Sequence record: PZ445511.1
Direction: 5' to 3' (one strand)
From: a phage
DNA length: 64,000 bases
Shown: positions 27,803-35,529 of the stretch, in pieces
How positions within the stretch are numbered: position 1 is the first letter of the stretch
How the letters are laid out: every line of letters starts with the position of its first letter
Position numbers and translations under genes: made by a program
Notes under the pieces: generated by a model
The model's input: only the letters and a program-made list of their open reading frames with translations
The model's database searches: none
What the model was told of the DNA's origin: nothing

Positions 27803-28156
27803 ATGCAATTATCAAGCAAGATTCAAGGCTATTTTGGTCATGTAACAATGGAGTTCGCTATCTCTAAAGGTTGGGATTTCGAGCAAGATCTAGCTGAGTT
27901 CTACAAAGATATTGATCTGAACGTACCATACATGGGACTCTCCACTGGTCAAGAGATCACAGAAGGCGATGTGTTCAAGGCAAGTCAAGGTGAGGTAACA
28001 CCTAATTTTGCCAAGTTCTGGTTAGGACTTACTTTGAAGGAAGATGCACCAGAGGATGGTGTGGTTATGCAGAGTATGCACTCTGGAAGCTCTGATTACC
28101 TTTTCGTTAGCGACGTTAAGGAACTACAAGAAATCGCTAAAAATGTACTTGCTTGA
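27803..28156 (+). CDS. hypothetical protein
   Basis: ORF 27797..28156; ATG 27803 with AAGGA RBS; stop overlaps next promoter -35. Confidence 0.55.
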   Translation: MQLSSKIQGYFGHVTMEFAISKGWDFEQDLAEFYKDIDLNVPYMGLSTGQEITEGDVFKASQGEVTPNFAKFWLGLTLKEDAPEDGVVMQSMHSGSSDYLFVSDVKELQEIAKNVLA

Positions 28157-28177
28157 TGCTTAATTTCTTGTTATAAT
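28149..28177 (+). promoter_or_regulatory. early promoter (TTGCTT-17-TATAAT) for a tRNA block
   Basis: promoter family member. Confidence 0.7.
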
Positions 28178-28179
28178 AT

Positions 28180-28439
28180 TTATATAAATTGATGAGGAGA
28201 AATCCTCATCAAAGTTCACTAAGGTATTAGCTCGACCTAGGGCTGGCTGCCAAAAAGCACAATTGCAATTAGACCCCTAATGGCGGGGGATACTTTGCAA
28301 TAAGTTCTAGATTAGTCCACTAGATTCAGTGGCAACTGAATAGTGTATCGGGTTTGTGAAGAGCGGTTATCCTCTACTGGCTAATGTCTGAGGGTAATAC
28401 GCACACCGAGCTAATAGCCTTAGTAAACTTAAAGATTTT
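28180..28439 (+). ncRNA. 260-nt structured leader or small RNA ahead of the tRNA-Ala pair
   Basis: hairpins gatgagga-gaaa-tcctcatc (28191-28210) and ccact-agattc-agtgg; no ORF. Confidence 0.3.
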
Positions 28440-28515
28440 GGGGAATGGGTCTGCTTGGAGTGGACACCTCGCTTGCACCGAGGATATCAGAAGAGTTCGA
28501 ATCTCTTATTCTCCA
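28440..28515 (+). tRNA. tRNA-Ala(UGC)-like
   Basis: G3-U70 pair, anticodon stem cctcg/cgagg, loop cttgcac, T-arm aagag-ttcgaat-ctctt, CCA; atypical D and variable lengths. Confidence 0.5.
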
Positions 28516-28523
28516 CCAAATTC

Positions 28524-28596
28524 GGGGTCATAGGTTATTTGGTTAAACTTACTGCCTTGCAAGCAGTGGAACTCAGTTCAATTCTGAGTGACTCCA
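28524..28596 (+). tRNA. tRNA-Ala(UGC)
   Basis: G3-U70 pair, anticodon stem actgc/gcagt, loop cttgcaa, T-arm ctcag-ttcaatt-ctgag, CCA. Confidence 0.65.
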
Positions 28597-28618
28597 CCAA
28601 ACAAATTAAGGAAATAAT

Positions 28619-28837
28619 ATGGTATTCTTAGCAGCCTCTGTAGTTCTTGCAGCTTTAGCACTAGCTATCTATTTTAGAACTATTAAAGATTTAGCTAAAG
28701 AAAAGAAAACTTTCTTTACTGATTATTCTTGGGGCGCTCCATATAACGTCCGCTTTATCAGCTTAGAAGCTATGCTGATAATGGTATTCAGTGGCATAGG
28801 TTCCATTGTTGCAGGGTTACTATTTATTTCTAACTAA
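28619..28837 (+). CDS. small membrane protein
   Basis: 72 aa with two hydrophobic helices. Confidence 0.5.
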   Translation: MVFLAASVVLAALALAIYFRTIKDLAKEKKTFFTDYSWGAPYNVRFISLEAMLIMVFSGIGSIVAGLLFISN

Positions 28838-28844
28838 ATAAAAT

Positions 28845-28922
28845 GGGGATGTGGCGAAATTGGCAGACGCGCTAGATTTAGGTTCTAGTCTTCGGGTGTG
28901 GGTTCGAGTCCCTCCATCCCTA
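28845..28922 (+). tRNA. tRNA-Leu(UAG)
   Basis: anticodon stem ctaga/tctag perfect, loop tttaggt, 9-nt variable region, discriminator A, CCA. Confidence 0.6.
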
Positions 28923-29099
28923 CCAAACATTGGATTAACTCATGATGAAAACTCCTATAACTGATATCTGGTTAGCTGTTAATACATCAACTAAAGAGTA
29001 TGTGTTTATAGAGTATGGTCAGAGGTATGACCAAAAGATGTATAATCTCATACTTCCAGTATCTGCTAATGAAGTTTATGATTTAATCCTGAGATCTAC

Positions 29100-29189
29100 G
29101 GAAGAGCAAATCGATTAGGTGACGAAAACCGCTTGGAAAGTGGCTGACTTGTTAAAGCAGGCTTGAGAGTTCGAATCTCTCTTCTTCCG
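29100..29189 (+). tRNA. tRNA-Ser(GGA)
   Basis: 90 nt, acceptor ggaagag/ttcttcc, anticodon loop ttggaaa, long variable arm, discriminator G, CCA. Confidence 0.55.
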
Positions 29190-29213
29190 CCAAACAACTA
29201 ATAGGGAATATAA

Positions 29214-29456
29214 ATGAAAGTCAAGATTATGATGTTGGATTTAGCTAATGATAAGTTTTTCTTGCGTCATACATTCCCTAGTAAGCAAGCTTTAGAGTTT
29301 CATATCAAGTACGCAATGGGCATGAAACTTCCTGAGCGAGAAATATTTGATAAAGCATGTGATACTGGAGTTATTTATGTATGGCAAACAACCTATCATG
29401 ATAATCCAGAAGATCTTCGAAAAGAAGTAGAACAAATACTAGAAGATAGTACGTAG
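29214..29456 (+). CDS. hypothetical protein
   Basis: 80 aa; 3' end overlaps tRNA-Ser(UGA) by 16 nt. Confidence 0.5.
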   Translation: MKVKIMMLDLANDKFFLRHTFPSKQALEFHIKYAMGMKLPEREIFDKACDTGVIYVWQTTYHDNPEDLRKEVEQILEDST

Positions 29457-29527
29457 TGGTATGTAACCGGTCTTGAAAACCGGCCCGCTGTAGTGATACG
29501 GTGATGGTTCGACTCCATTATCTTCTG
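29441..29527 (+). tRNA. tRNA-Ser(UGA)
   Basis: acceptor agaagat/atcttct perfect, anticodon stem ccggt/accgg, loop cttgaaa, long variable arm, discriminator G, CCA. Confidence 0.7.
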
Positions 29528-29530
29528 CCA

Positions 29531-29667
29531 AATCTTGAAGTATGCCGGAATCGGTAGACGGGGCTTCCTAAAGGGCGTAAGGGGAACATCCACTCCTCAT
29601 AAGATACCCGAAAACGAGGCTGAGATAACTGGTCTATCTCGTGAAGGTTCGAGTCCTTCTGCTTCTT
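29531..29667 (+). ncRNA. tRNA-like RNA with canonical T-arm but no clean cloverleaf
   Basis: T-arm gaagg-ttcgagt-ccttc at 29643-29659 preceded by hairpin gagata-actggtc-tatctc; best acceptor partner aggggaa at 29580 has a mismatch; no CCA. Confidence 0.3.
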
Positions 29668-29669
29668 GA

Positions 29670-29855
29670 TATTCATCAATGGCTCAAAGTGTAACGGTGC
29701 TATTTGATGCTCTTAGTAAGACTTTCCCGACATGCGTTCGGGAGTAAGCTGCTAAGGCTAGAGTAGAAGAGTTTCGGAGAGCCGCCACAATTGAAGTCTT
29801 TAGAATGGGTATCGCCCTTTAGCCCCTCCGAAAGGGATAACTAGAGATTTCAATT
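29670..29855 (+). ncRNA. structured non-coding segment bounded by 11-bp inverted repeat
   Basis: ccacaattgaa (29776-29786) and ttcaattgtgg (29849-29859) flank a GC hairpin ccctttagcccctccgaaaggg. Confidence 0.25.
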
Positions 29856-29929
29856 GTGGCTATATCATAATTGGTTAATGATCCTGATTGTGAATCAGGC
29901 CTATGTGGATTCGAATTCCACTAGCCACC
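29856..29929 (+). tRNA. tRNA-His(GUG)
   Basis: acceptor gtggcta/tagccac perfect, anticodon stem cctga/tcagg, loop ttgtgaa, T-arm gtgga-ttcgaat-tccac, CCA. Confidence 0.7.
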
Positions 29930-29938
29930 CCAAATATT

Positions 29939-30010
29939 GCGTCCTTATTTCAACGGAAAGAATGTAAAGCTACGAACTTTACGATCGGGGTTCGATTCCC
30001 TGAGGATGCA
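29939..30010 (+). tRNA. tRNA-Arg(ACG)
   Basis: anticodon stem taaag/cttta, loop ctacgaa, T-arm cgggg-ttcgatt-ccctg, CCA. Confidence 0.7.
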
Positions 30011-30037
30011 CCAATTAACTTAAACAGGAAATAAAAT

Positions 30038-30238
30038 ATGGCTGATTTCTGCAAAGAATGCTCTATTGATATGTGGGGCAGAGATACTGGTGATCTTTCT
30101 GGTCTGATTACAGAAGCCGAAGTTAAAGAAGGCTATGGTGCTGTTGTAATCTGTGAAGGTTGTGGCATTATCCGTGTTGATCATAATGGTAAACGTCTAG
30201 AAGAACCTGATCCAATCGCCACGGTTCCTGTAGAATAA
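30038..30238 (+). CDS. Cys-rich small protein (CxxC...CxxC)
   Basis: 66 aa; CKEC...CEGCG. Confidence 0.5.
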   Translation: MADFCKECSIDMWGRDTGDLSGLITEAEVKEGYGAVVICEGCGIIRVDHNGKRLEEPDPIATVPVE

Positions 30239-30245
30239 AAATTAT

Positions 30246-30318
30246 TGGGATGTAGATCAATTGGTAGATCGTCGGCCTCTGACTCCGAAGGTTCCACGTT
30301 CGATCCGTGGCATCCCAG
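30246..30318 (+). tRNA. tRNA-Gln(CUG)
   Basis: U1-A72, anticodon loop ctctgac, T-arm ccacg-ttcgatc-cgtgg, CCA. Confidence 0.65.
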
Positions 30319-30327
30319 CCAAACAAT

Positions 30328-30400
30328 TGGAGAGTAGTGTAACGGTTAGCACAACGGCCTTTGACTCCGTTAATGGTAGGTTCGATTCCTCCTTCTCCAG
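30328..30400 (+). tRNA. tRNA-Gln(UUG)
   Basis: paralog of previous; anticodon loop ctttgac; U1-A72; CCA. Confidence 0.65.
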
Positions 30401-30409
30401 CCAATTTAT

Positions 30410-30481
30410 GCGTGATTAGTTCAGTGGCTAGAATAACTGGCTTCCAACCAGTAGACACGAGTTCGACTCTCGTATCCCGCA
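30410..30481 (+). tRNA. tRNA-Gly(UCC)
   Basis: anticodon stem actgg/ccagt, loop cttccaa, T-arm acgag-ttcgact-ctcgt, CCA. Confidence 0.7.
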
Positions 30482-30500
30482 CCAAATATAAGGAAACGTT

Positions 30501-30722
30501 ATGGACGTTTTTGAGTTTCGTAATAAAAATCCTAATAGACGAGTTTTAATTATTGGTGAAACATACCGAGCTTATGAACAGGAAGACGGTTCGGTTTTAT
30601 TAAATGATGAAAAGCAAGGCTATAGCTTTCATCCAGAAGAAACATATGAAGAATTTCGTACTAAGTTTCTTTTACCAGACTGGCTAGCAATAGCTGAGCA
30701 AAGAGAACCCGAAGAGGGCTGA
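30501..30722 (+). CDS. hypothetical acidic protein
   Basis: 73 aa with AAGGAAA RBS. Confidence 0.5.
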   Translation: MDVFEFRNKNPNRRVLIIGETYRAYEQEDGSVLLNDEKQGYSFHPEETYEEFRTKFLLPDWLAIAEQREPEEG

Positions 30723-30750
30723 TAATCTAAAGCTAAAGGTTGATAAGCAA

Positions 30751-30879
30751 ATGAAGTGTGTTGAGGTTGAGTTGGGTGAAGAACGTTTAAAACTCTCATT
30801 CGAATTTCTACAGCAGTTGGCTATGACAGTAATGTCTGATAAGTCCCTTATATTTGAAAAAGAAATCCCGTTGAAATAA
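30751..30879 (+). CDS. possible small protein (42 aa)
   Basis: ATG with AAAGG upstream; below ORF-track length cutoff. Confidence 0.25.
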   Translation: MKCVEVELGEERLKLSFEFLQQLAMTVMSDKSLIFEKEIPLK

Positions 30880-30889
30880 TGGGTTTATT

Positions 30890-30961
30890 GCTCCTAAAGC
30901 ATTGCTGGCGATGCAGTTGCCTTGTAAGCATCTGAACCGGGTTCGATTCCAGGTGGGAGCA
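30890..30961 (+). tRNA. tRNA-Thr(UGU)
   Basis: acceptor gctccta/tgggagc, anticodon loop cttgtaa, T-loop ttcgatt, CCA; single mismatches in stems. Confidence 0.55.
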
Positions 30962-30980
30962 CCAAATTTAAAAAATTCAT

Positions 30981-31009
30981 TTGCCTTCTCTCTTATTTCT
31001 TGTTATAAT
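30981..31009 (+). promoter_or_regulatory. early promoter (TTGCCT-17-TATAAT)
   Basis: promoter family member. Confidence 0.65.
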
Positions 31010-31039
31010 ATTTATATAAATTAATTAGAGGGAAACCAA

Positions 31040-31333
31040 ATGAAACGTTATCTTTCTGTCGTGTTCCAAACTGGTGGTCAACGCTACACTTATGAATTTC
31101 CTGAGTCCTGGAAAATTAAAGAAGGTGATCAAGTTGTTGTATTAACACCTCGTGAAGGCTTCAAAGTAGTAACGGTTAAACAAGTATTTCCAAAAGATCA
31201 CGAACCATCTAAGTCTATTCAGTACAAGATGATTCACGGTCTGGTACGAAAAGTACCTAGAACAGAAGTCGAAGTAGATAAAACTGGGGGAGTTAAGTAT
31301 CAATATACATCCTACTTAGACGAGATGATGTAA
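31040..31333 (+). CDS. hypothetical protein
   Basis: 97 aa ORF. Confidence 0.55.
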   Translation: MKRYLSVVFQTGGQRYTYEFPESWKIKEGDQVVVLTPREGFKVVTVKQVFPKDHEPSKSIQYKMIHGLVRKVPRTEVEVDKTGGVKYQYTSYLDEMM

Positions 31334-31533
31334 TGAGAATTACTTTCACAGAAAAGATTATGTGTAATGGTGTTATGATCATTACAGCGTGGGACGGTAA
31401 ATTGTGGTGTAACGTATCTGGTCTAAAGCCAGAAGATCAAACACCTGAAAACATCCGCAAAGTAAAGCGAAAAATGGCGGAACGTGCCCAACTTCCAGGT
31501 GCTCCAAGAAATGGAGGCTATTTTTCAACCTAA
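31333..31533 (+). CDS. hypothetical protein
   Basis: 66 aa ORF, start overlaps upstream stop. Confidence 0.5.
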   Translation: MRITFTEKIMCNGVMIITAWDGKLWCNVSGLKPEDQTPENIRKVKRKMAERAQLPGAPRNGGYFST

Positions 31534-31534
31534 T

Positions 31535-31607
31535 GCTCCGATAGTTCAACAGGTTAGAACAGGCGACCGATAATCGTCAAATCTTGGTTCGATCCCAAGT
31601 CGGAGTA
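31535..31607 (+). tRNA. tRNA-Ile(GAU)
   Basis: D-stem gttc/gaac, anticodon stem ggcga/tcgtc, loop ccgataa, T-arm cttgg-ttcgatc-ccaag, CCA. Confidence 0.6.
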
Positions 31608-31616
31608 CCAAATTAT

Positions 31617-31689
31617 AGTTAGTTGGCAGAACGGTTATGCACCTCCTTCATACGGAGCGACTACAGTGGTTCAACTCCACTACTAACTA
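31617..31689 (+). tRNA. tRNA-Met/Ile(CAU)
   Basis: acceptor agttagt/actaact perfect, anticodon loop ttcatac, T-arm agtgg-ttcaact-ccact, CCA. Confidence 0.55.
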
Positions 31690-31875
31690 CCAAAGATAAG
31701 ATCAGGCCTTTGTGCCAGATCTCTGTGTTTATTAAACTGAATGGGACTATCAATCCACAAGCCGGACTACGAGCGATTATCGGGTATTCACTTAATAAAC
31801 AGCCTGCCTCCCAGTTTTTATCTTGCTTCTGGGTTAACAAAAAGCTGAGCCAAATTCTAACATCAGGGAGATCTA

Positions 31876-32244
31876 ATGAAAGCATATCAAAGTCTTAAGT
31901 CTGGCGTAATTAACATTGTTCATAACAATCAGATCATTCAACTATATTCTAAAGATGGTAAACTTAAACAGAAAGTTCTAGTCGAAGATCTAGAAGGTAT
32001 CACACCTCACTTTGACCCTGAGGCCTTTCGCATTGTAGATGTGGAAGTGGTTCCTCAAGTCGAGGGTGGTCAGCACCTAAATGTCAATGTGTTAAGCCGT
32101 GATCAGCTTTTGGATGCACAGAAACATCCTGAAAAATATCCTCAGTTGACCATCCGTGTCTCTGGCTATGCTGTTCGATTTAACGCATTGACGCGTGAAC
32201 AACAGAACGACGTTATTAGTCGTACATTTACTCAGGCGATATAA
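31876..32244 (+). CDS. grcA: autonomous glycyl-radical cofactor (GrcA/YfiD-like)
   Basis: 122 aa; C-terminal block GGQHLNVNV...[20 protein letters not shown] matches my recollection of E. coli GrcA including the RVSGY radical motif. Confidence 0.75.
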   Translation: MKAYQSLKSGVINIVHNNQIIQLYSKDGKLKQKVLVEDLEGITPHFDPEAFRIVDVEVVPQVEGGQHLNVNVLSRDQLLDAQKHPEKYPQLTIRVSGYAVRFNALTREQQNDVISRTFTQAI

Positions 32245-32325
32245 TGGGGTTTGGATACGATTTCTCCCAGCTACGCAAGGTAGTCGAGCAAACTCCATTT
32301 ATCTCCCAAGTTTTAGGAGAAATGT

Positions 32326-32625
32326 GTGGATCGAGCATTAAGACGCCATCACCGGCAACGTGTGAAAAACAATCGCAAAAAGTATTGGACAGTCTTCCCA
32401 CATGAAGAAAGTCCTAAGCGGTTAGGCATTATCACTACCACTCCTTGCATCTGTTCTTGTTGGATGTGTGGGAATCCTCGCAAATACTATAAGAATAGTA
32501 AAGCAGGTATGAAAATCTCGGAGATTAAAAAGATGGGTGCAATGATTATGGGCATCACCTTTACAGGCGGTATCTCTGATGAATTCGACGGTTTTGTAAC
32601 TCAGGATATTGTCGAAATTATCTAA
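32326..32625 (+). CDS. hypothetical basic, Cys-containing protein (GTG start)
   Basis: 99 aa; AGGAGA RBS 6 nt upstream of GTG; CICSCWMC cluster. Confidence 0.4.
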   Translation: MDRALRRHHRQRVKNNRKKYWTVFPHEESPKRLGIITTTPCICSCWMCGNPRKYYKNSKAGMKISEIKKMGAMIMGITFTGGISDEFDGFVTQDIVEII

Positions 32626-32689
32626 TTAATAATAAACCCCAGCTATTGAATAGGTAGTCTGGGGTTTTCTTGTATGTAGGATTTTCGAA

Positions 32690-32875
32690 ATGAAAATTTT
32701 TAAAGTGAACTATAGCGGCCTGTGGTTAGGTGGTAAAGCTATTGTCGTTGCAGAAACTGCAGAAGAAGCAATCGAACTGGCTAGAAACCATAGAAGTTCT
32801 ATAGAATTCGAGGATGTGACAGTAGAAGAACTCCCGAGCAGTGGGGTAGTATACAACGACAACGGAGATTACTGA
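32690..32875 (+). CDS. hypothetical protein
   Basis: 61 aa ORF. Confidence 0.45.
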   Translation: MKIFKVNYSGLWLGGKAIVVAETAEEAIELARNHRSSIEFEDVTVEELPSSGVVYNDNGDY

Positions 32876-32933
32876 TGTTATATTTTGAAGTTCGCCCACA
32901 TTAAGTTAATTTAAAAGACTTAATGGAGGTAAT

Positions 32934-33329
32934 ATGAGCCGTACATATCGTAAACAATCTGGTGATCGTCACTGGCGTGATGCACATCGTTCTACTTATA
33001 ATTTTCATAGCACTAATATCCGTATTCCGTATATCTACACGGATAGGGATGGTAAGCAGTGGAAGTATTATCAAGTTCGATCCAATGAAGCATGGGCTAA
33101 AACTTGGGATGAAATTGAGAAGGAGATTCAGGAAAATATCATCCGTAACGAGAAGAAAGATGGGCACTGGTGGGATTCTGTTAGTAGGAATGTTAAGTGG
33201 CATTCTAACAAAATGGTTCGTCATGGAAACCGTCGTGAACTTCACCGTGTGATGAAAGATCCAGAAAATTACGACTATAATCGTGATCATGACCTGCGTA
33301 AGCGTGGGTTATGGTGGGTTTACGACTAA
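32934..33329 (+). CDS. hypothetical basic protein
   Basis: 131 aa with GGAGG RBS. Confidence 0.55.
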   Translation: MSRTYRKQSGDRHWRDAHRSTYNFHSTNIRIPYIYTDRDGKQWKYYQVRSNEAWAKTWDEIEKEIQENIIRNEKKDGHWWDSVSRNVKWHSNKMVRHGNRRELHRVMKDPENYDYNRDHDLRKRGLWWVYD

Positions 33330-33346
33330 TTTCATAAATAATTCAT

Positions 33347-33375
33347 TTGCTAAAACCCTCTCCTTTTGATATAAT
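33347..33375 (+). promoter_or_regulatory. early promoter (TTGCTA-17-TATAAT)
   Basis: promoter family member. Confidence 0.7.
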
Positions 33376-33405
33376 ATTTATATAAATTGATGAGAGGGCT
33401 TTGAA

Positions 33406-33678
33406 ATGAAAGAAGCAGAAATTAATGAAATGGCTAGAATATTCATCGTTTCCTATATGCAAGGCAGTTGCAATAGTTTATTCGAGTCTGCTATAGTATT
33501 TCAGGAAATGTTAGCCGAGAAAGGCGTACATATGGAAGATACTGAAATTGAAGATCTTCTAATGGAAACTTGTAGTAGTGCTGAAGTCTTCCAGTGTGGT
33601 AACTGTAATTGGTGGTGTCCAGAGCATGATCGTTCTGAAGAAGGTTCCTACTGTTCCGATTGTGAAGGAGAAGAATAA
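33406..33678 (+). CDS. hypothetical protein with C-terminal Cys cluster
   Basis: 90 aa; CGNCNWWC...CSDC. Confidence 0.5.
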   Translation: MKEAEINEMARIFIVSYMQGSCNSLFESAIVFQEMLAEKGVHMEDTEIEDLLMETCSSAEVFQCGNCNWWCPEHDRSEEGSYCSDCEGEE

Positions 33679-33977
33679 TGAATAAGTTTATTATTGCTCT
33701 AGTAATTTCAGCAGTTAGTTTCGGTTCTCTGGCATCTACCAAAGTTTCTATGAAAAATGGTAATGTTAAAGTTCAGCAGAATGGCATTACCACCGAATAT
33801 GGTAAAGTACGTGATGTAAAAGAACGTAATGGCAAAGTAGAAATATATACTAATAAAAACTTCTCTACTCCGGCTGTTACTGTTAGTAAACGTGGTGAAA
33901 TCACTACTCAACGTACTAATAGTTCTGATTCTTTTACTTGCCGTTATGACTGCGGCTTTGAAGGTGAAGATGAGTAA
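33678..33977 (+). CDS. secreted small protein
   Basis: 99 aa with signal peptide. Confidence 0.5.
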   Translation: MNKFIIALVISAVSFGSLASTKVSMKNGNVKVQQNGITTEYGKVRDVKERNGKVEIYTNKNFSTPAVTVSKRGEITTQRTNSSDSFTCRYDCGFEGEDE

Positions 33978-34389
33978 TTTAGACCCTAGAATTAAACATG
34001 CAGTTGAAGAAATCCAAGATCAAATCGATGAGGATTTCACTGTTTGGTCAAGATTTGGTAATGGTGAAGGTTGTCAGCTTTATAACATGAAAATGGGTAT
34101 CTCGATTGAACTTAGTATCAATCCCGAGGGTAACGTAGAAGCCCAACCCATGTTCAGTGTTCCAGGCTTCTCTGGATTTGTTATGGGCATGAAACTATGT
34201 CTACCAAATAAACATCTTTACCGTGTTATCTGTCAGCTAGAAACAATTAAACATTTCTTGCCAGAAGATAACATTAATGACTACTATCATGAAGTTGTAG
34301 CAGCTTACATGATGAAAGAACGCAAACGTCGGAGAGCAGAACGTGAAAGAGCTAAATCTCAACAGTCTAGTACAGATTCCAGCAACTGA
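33970..34389 (+). CDS. hypothetical protein
   Basis: ATG 33970 in frame within ORF 33892..34389, overlapping upstream stop by 8 nt. Confidence 0.45.
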   Translation: MSNLDPRIKHAVEEIQDQIDEDFTVWSRFGNGEGCQLYNMKMGISIELSINPEGNVEAQPMFSVPGFSGFVMGMKLCLPNKHLYRVICQLETIKHFLPEDNINDYYHEVVAAYMMKERKRRRAERERAKSQQSSTDSSN

Positions 34390-34639
34390 TGCTGTACTAG
34401 ACTTCCCCAAGCAGGAACATATTAAGTTCTGGACTAACTATGCAGAACAGTACGAAGAAACTTCTAGTGCAATAACATTCGCGGATAAACGAATAGCTGA
34501 GTATACAGATCCTAGAGTTAAAAATGGTATGATTACCTTACCACTTTGGGATGTAATGGAAAAGTTTGGTAAAGATTTGTGCCCAGGTTGTATACCATTG
34601 TTTGTTACTATTCTAATTGACGAAAAGGATCTTAAATGA
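34343..34639 (+). CDS. hypothetical protein
   Basis: 98 aa; 47-nt overlap with upstream gene makes the start uncertain. Confidence 0.4.
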   Translation: MKELNLNSLVQIPATDAVLDFPKQEHIKFWTNYAEQYEETSSAITFADKRIAEYTDPRVKNGMITLPLWDVMEKFGKDLCPGCIPLFVTILIDEKDLK

Positions 34640-34920
34640 TTATCTCTCCATTTGCTTTGTGGTTTGTTATTGGTGCAGTTGTCGCGATTTACAGTCTGAT
34701 TGATGATCTGTATATCTCTAAAAATAAAGATGTTATTCTTTATGTTATAAACAAATATCGTCCGCCAGAATTAACAGAATTTGACGATGAAAAGATGTTC
34801 AAATTCATTATGTCAGGTATGCTTATTATGGACACCTTGTTCGGGCCAGTAGCTACTTATTTCTTCTTACGTAAAACTCGTAAGATGAAAAAGTTCCGTG
34901 CTGAAATGCAGAGCAAGTAA
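34636..34920 (+). CDS. small membrane protein
   Basis: 94 aa, two hydrophobic segments. Confidence 0.5.
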   Translation: MIISPFALWFVIGAVVAIYSLIDDLYISKNKDVILYVINKYRPPELTEFDDEKMFKFIMSGMLIMDTLFGPVATYFFLRKTRKMKKFRAEMQSK

Positions 34921-35036
34921 AGAACTCGCGTAGGACCGAGTTGCGTCACCTGCAACTGTTACGGATAAGGGAGTCGTGCCCCTTAGTGCGGTAAGTGGTG
35001 AGTTGGTCGCTGACCTCAACTTTAACTGGAGATATC

Positions 35037-35384
35037 ATGAGCTTTATTTTATTCATTGTAGCAGCATGGTTTATTATTGGTTTAGGCTATGCTATTGCAG
35101 TTATTCGTCATCTGGATGAATATTCTGCTGAATGGTTTATTAAGTACCTACGTTTAGACGATCAAGAACACGAGTTCGACAGTGCTGAGGAAAGACAGGC
35201 TGTCCAGTCAATGACTCCCAAAGAATGCTTGCTTTACATGCGTGTAATTGGTTTCTTTGGACTGTTGGTAGCGGGGCCGTTAGGTCTTACTATTGCTCCC
35301 TACAAAGAAGTTGTTGACGACATTAAACTATGGAGAACCGCTGGATCGCTACGTCGTGCTAGAGAATTAAGTAAACAAGAGTGA
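35037..35384 (+). CDS. small membrane protein
   Basis: ATG 35037 with GGAG RBS inside ORF 34995..35384. Confidence 0.5.
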   Translation: MSFILFIVAAWFIIGLGYAIAVIRHLDEYSAEWFIKYLRLDDQEHEFDSAEERQAVQSMTPKECLLYMRVIGFFGLLVAGPLGLTIAPYKEVVDDIKLWRTAGSLRRARELSKQE

Positions 35385-35419
35385 TGATAATCACCTCCTA
35401 GCAAGAATAATAATGACAA

Positions 35420-35455
35420 AGCCCAGCCTGCAATTTTGCGACTGGGCTATTTTTG
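35420..35455 (+). terminator. rho-independent terminator
   Basis: agcccag...ctgggct stem followed by TTTTT. Confidence 0.6.
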
Positions 35456-35469
35456 TAATAAAATTTCAG

Positions 35470-35498
35470 TTGCTCAGATGCCACAAGTATTGTATAAT
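35470..35498 (+). promoter_or_regulatory. early promoter (TTGCTC-17-TATAAT)
   Basis: promoter family member. Confidence 0.65.
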
Positions 35499-35529
35499 AT
35501 GTTTATAGATTGAGGCAAAAGGATAATTT

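Noticed and set aside
23172-31689. Opal, amber or ochre suppressor tRNA that could read the in-frame TGA in the HNH gene
   Set aside because: None of the roughly 31 hand-folded tRNAs has a UCA, CUA or UUA anticodon; the read-through idea is kept only as a low-probability alternative to a pseudogene.
31623-31898. 91-aa ORF spanning tRNA-Met(CAU)
   Set aside because: Runs through a well-formed tRNA and an intergenic region; no RBS.
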